64,000 nt of DNA, from the NCBI GenBank assembly GCA_976551045.1, contig CDPCPM010000074.1, positions 2,852,001 to 2,916,000 on the forward strand. The letters run 5' to 3'. Origin of the DNA: Glaucostegus cemiculus (lineage: Eukaryota). Shown in pieces: positions 63,546 through 64,000 of this stretch (within the stretch, counting starts at the first letter, position 1; each line of letters begins with the position of its first letter). Position numbers and translations under genes: made by a program. The notes under the pieces were generated by a model. The model had not been told where the DNA came from. It saw nothing but the letters and a program-made list of their open reading frames with translations, and ran no database searches.

Positions 63546-64000
63546 ACTCCTGATTCTAATTGGTATGTACAGTACATAATTGGATCTCCAGCAGTGAACC
63601 CTTGCTCTTCAGAATGTTCTACAGCCACTCAGTAATATTCTTAACCCTAGTATTAAGATCCTGATGCGCAATCATCTCAGAAACCATGGACACGTCAGTC
63701 TCCACCCCTAACAAAAGATTCCATTTTTATTGTTGCTCTCTTGGCCTTTCTCCTTCTCTCCCTGTACGGATAAGTTCTCTGTTGTATAGGTGCACTCCCC
63801 AAGGGAATCTTCTTCCCCATCAGCATTCAAACTGAATACTGGCTAAAGAACAAGATACACTCGGCACTCTGAACTGACGGCTTGCTCTTTTTTTGTTGCC
63901 TGCCTGGCTTTTTCTTTGCCCACCCAGCCCCTCTCTGACCGTATTTTCCCGAGCTGTAGGTTGACCTTGAAGCATGCTTTCCACATAGCTCTCAGCATTC

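Noticed and set aside
54500-64000. SNRPN/SNORD115-116 type arrays, or exons of a neighbouring gene such as CNGA3
   Set aside because: No tandem C/D-box arrays or recognisable coding exons were seen. The hairpin at 58586 has no CTGA box D and is too short for a snoRNA.

Overview
This is AT-rich, CpG-depleted vertebrate genomic DNA. Its repeat content (CR1/HER1-like LINE tails, HE1-like V-SINEs, Penelope-like elements, Rex1/Babar LINEs) suggests a cartilaginous fish; that assignment is an inference. One complete gene can be reconstructed by hand on the + strand: UBE3A (E6AP, HECT E3 ubiquitin ligase). It has a CpG-island promoter at about 14.27-14.81 kb and 11 phase-compatible coding exons from 14684 to 52250, all with GT-AG introns. 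The joined CDS is 2670 nt (889 aa); a shorter 857-aa form starts at an ATG split across exons 2/3. The rest is intronic or intergenic DNA dense with decayed retroelements. Most interesting: (1) a long-range RNA duplex in the UBE3A 3' UTR whose 5' arm is duplicated, allowing two mutually exclusive pairings; (2) a YY1/TISU-type uORF in frame with UBE3A and separated from it by a single TAG; (3) a Tx1-type LINE fragment head-to-head against the core promoter; (4) fossil minimal hammerhead ribozymes in the Penelope repeats; (5) a perfect 23-bp GCAA-capped hairpin in intron 2. Repeat boundaries are approximate, and family names come from recognition, not database searches.
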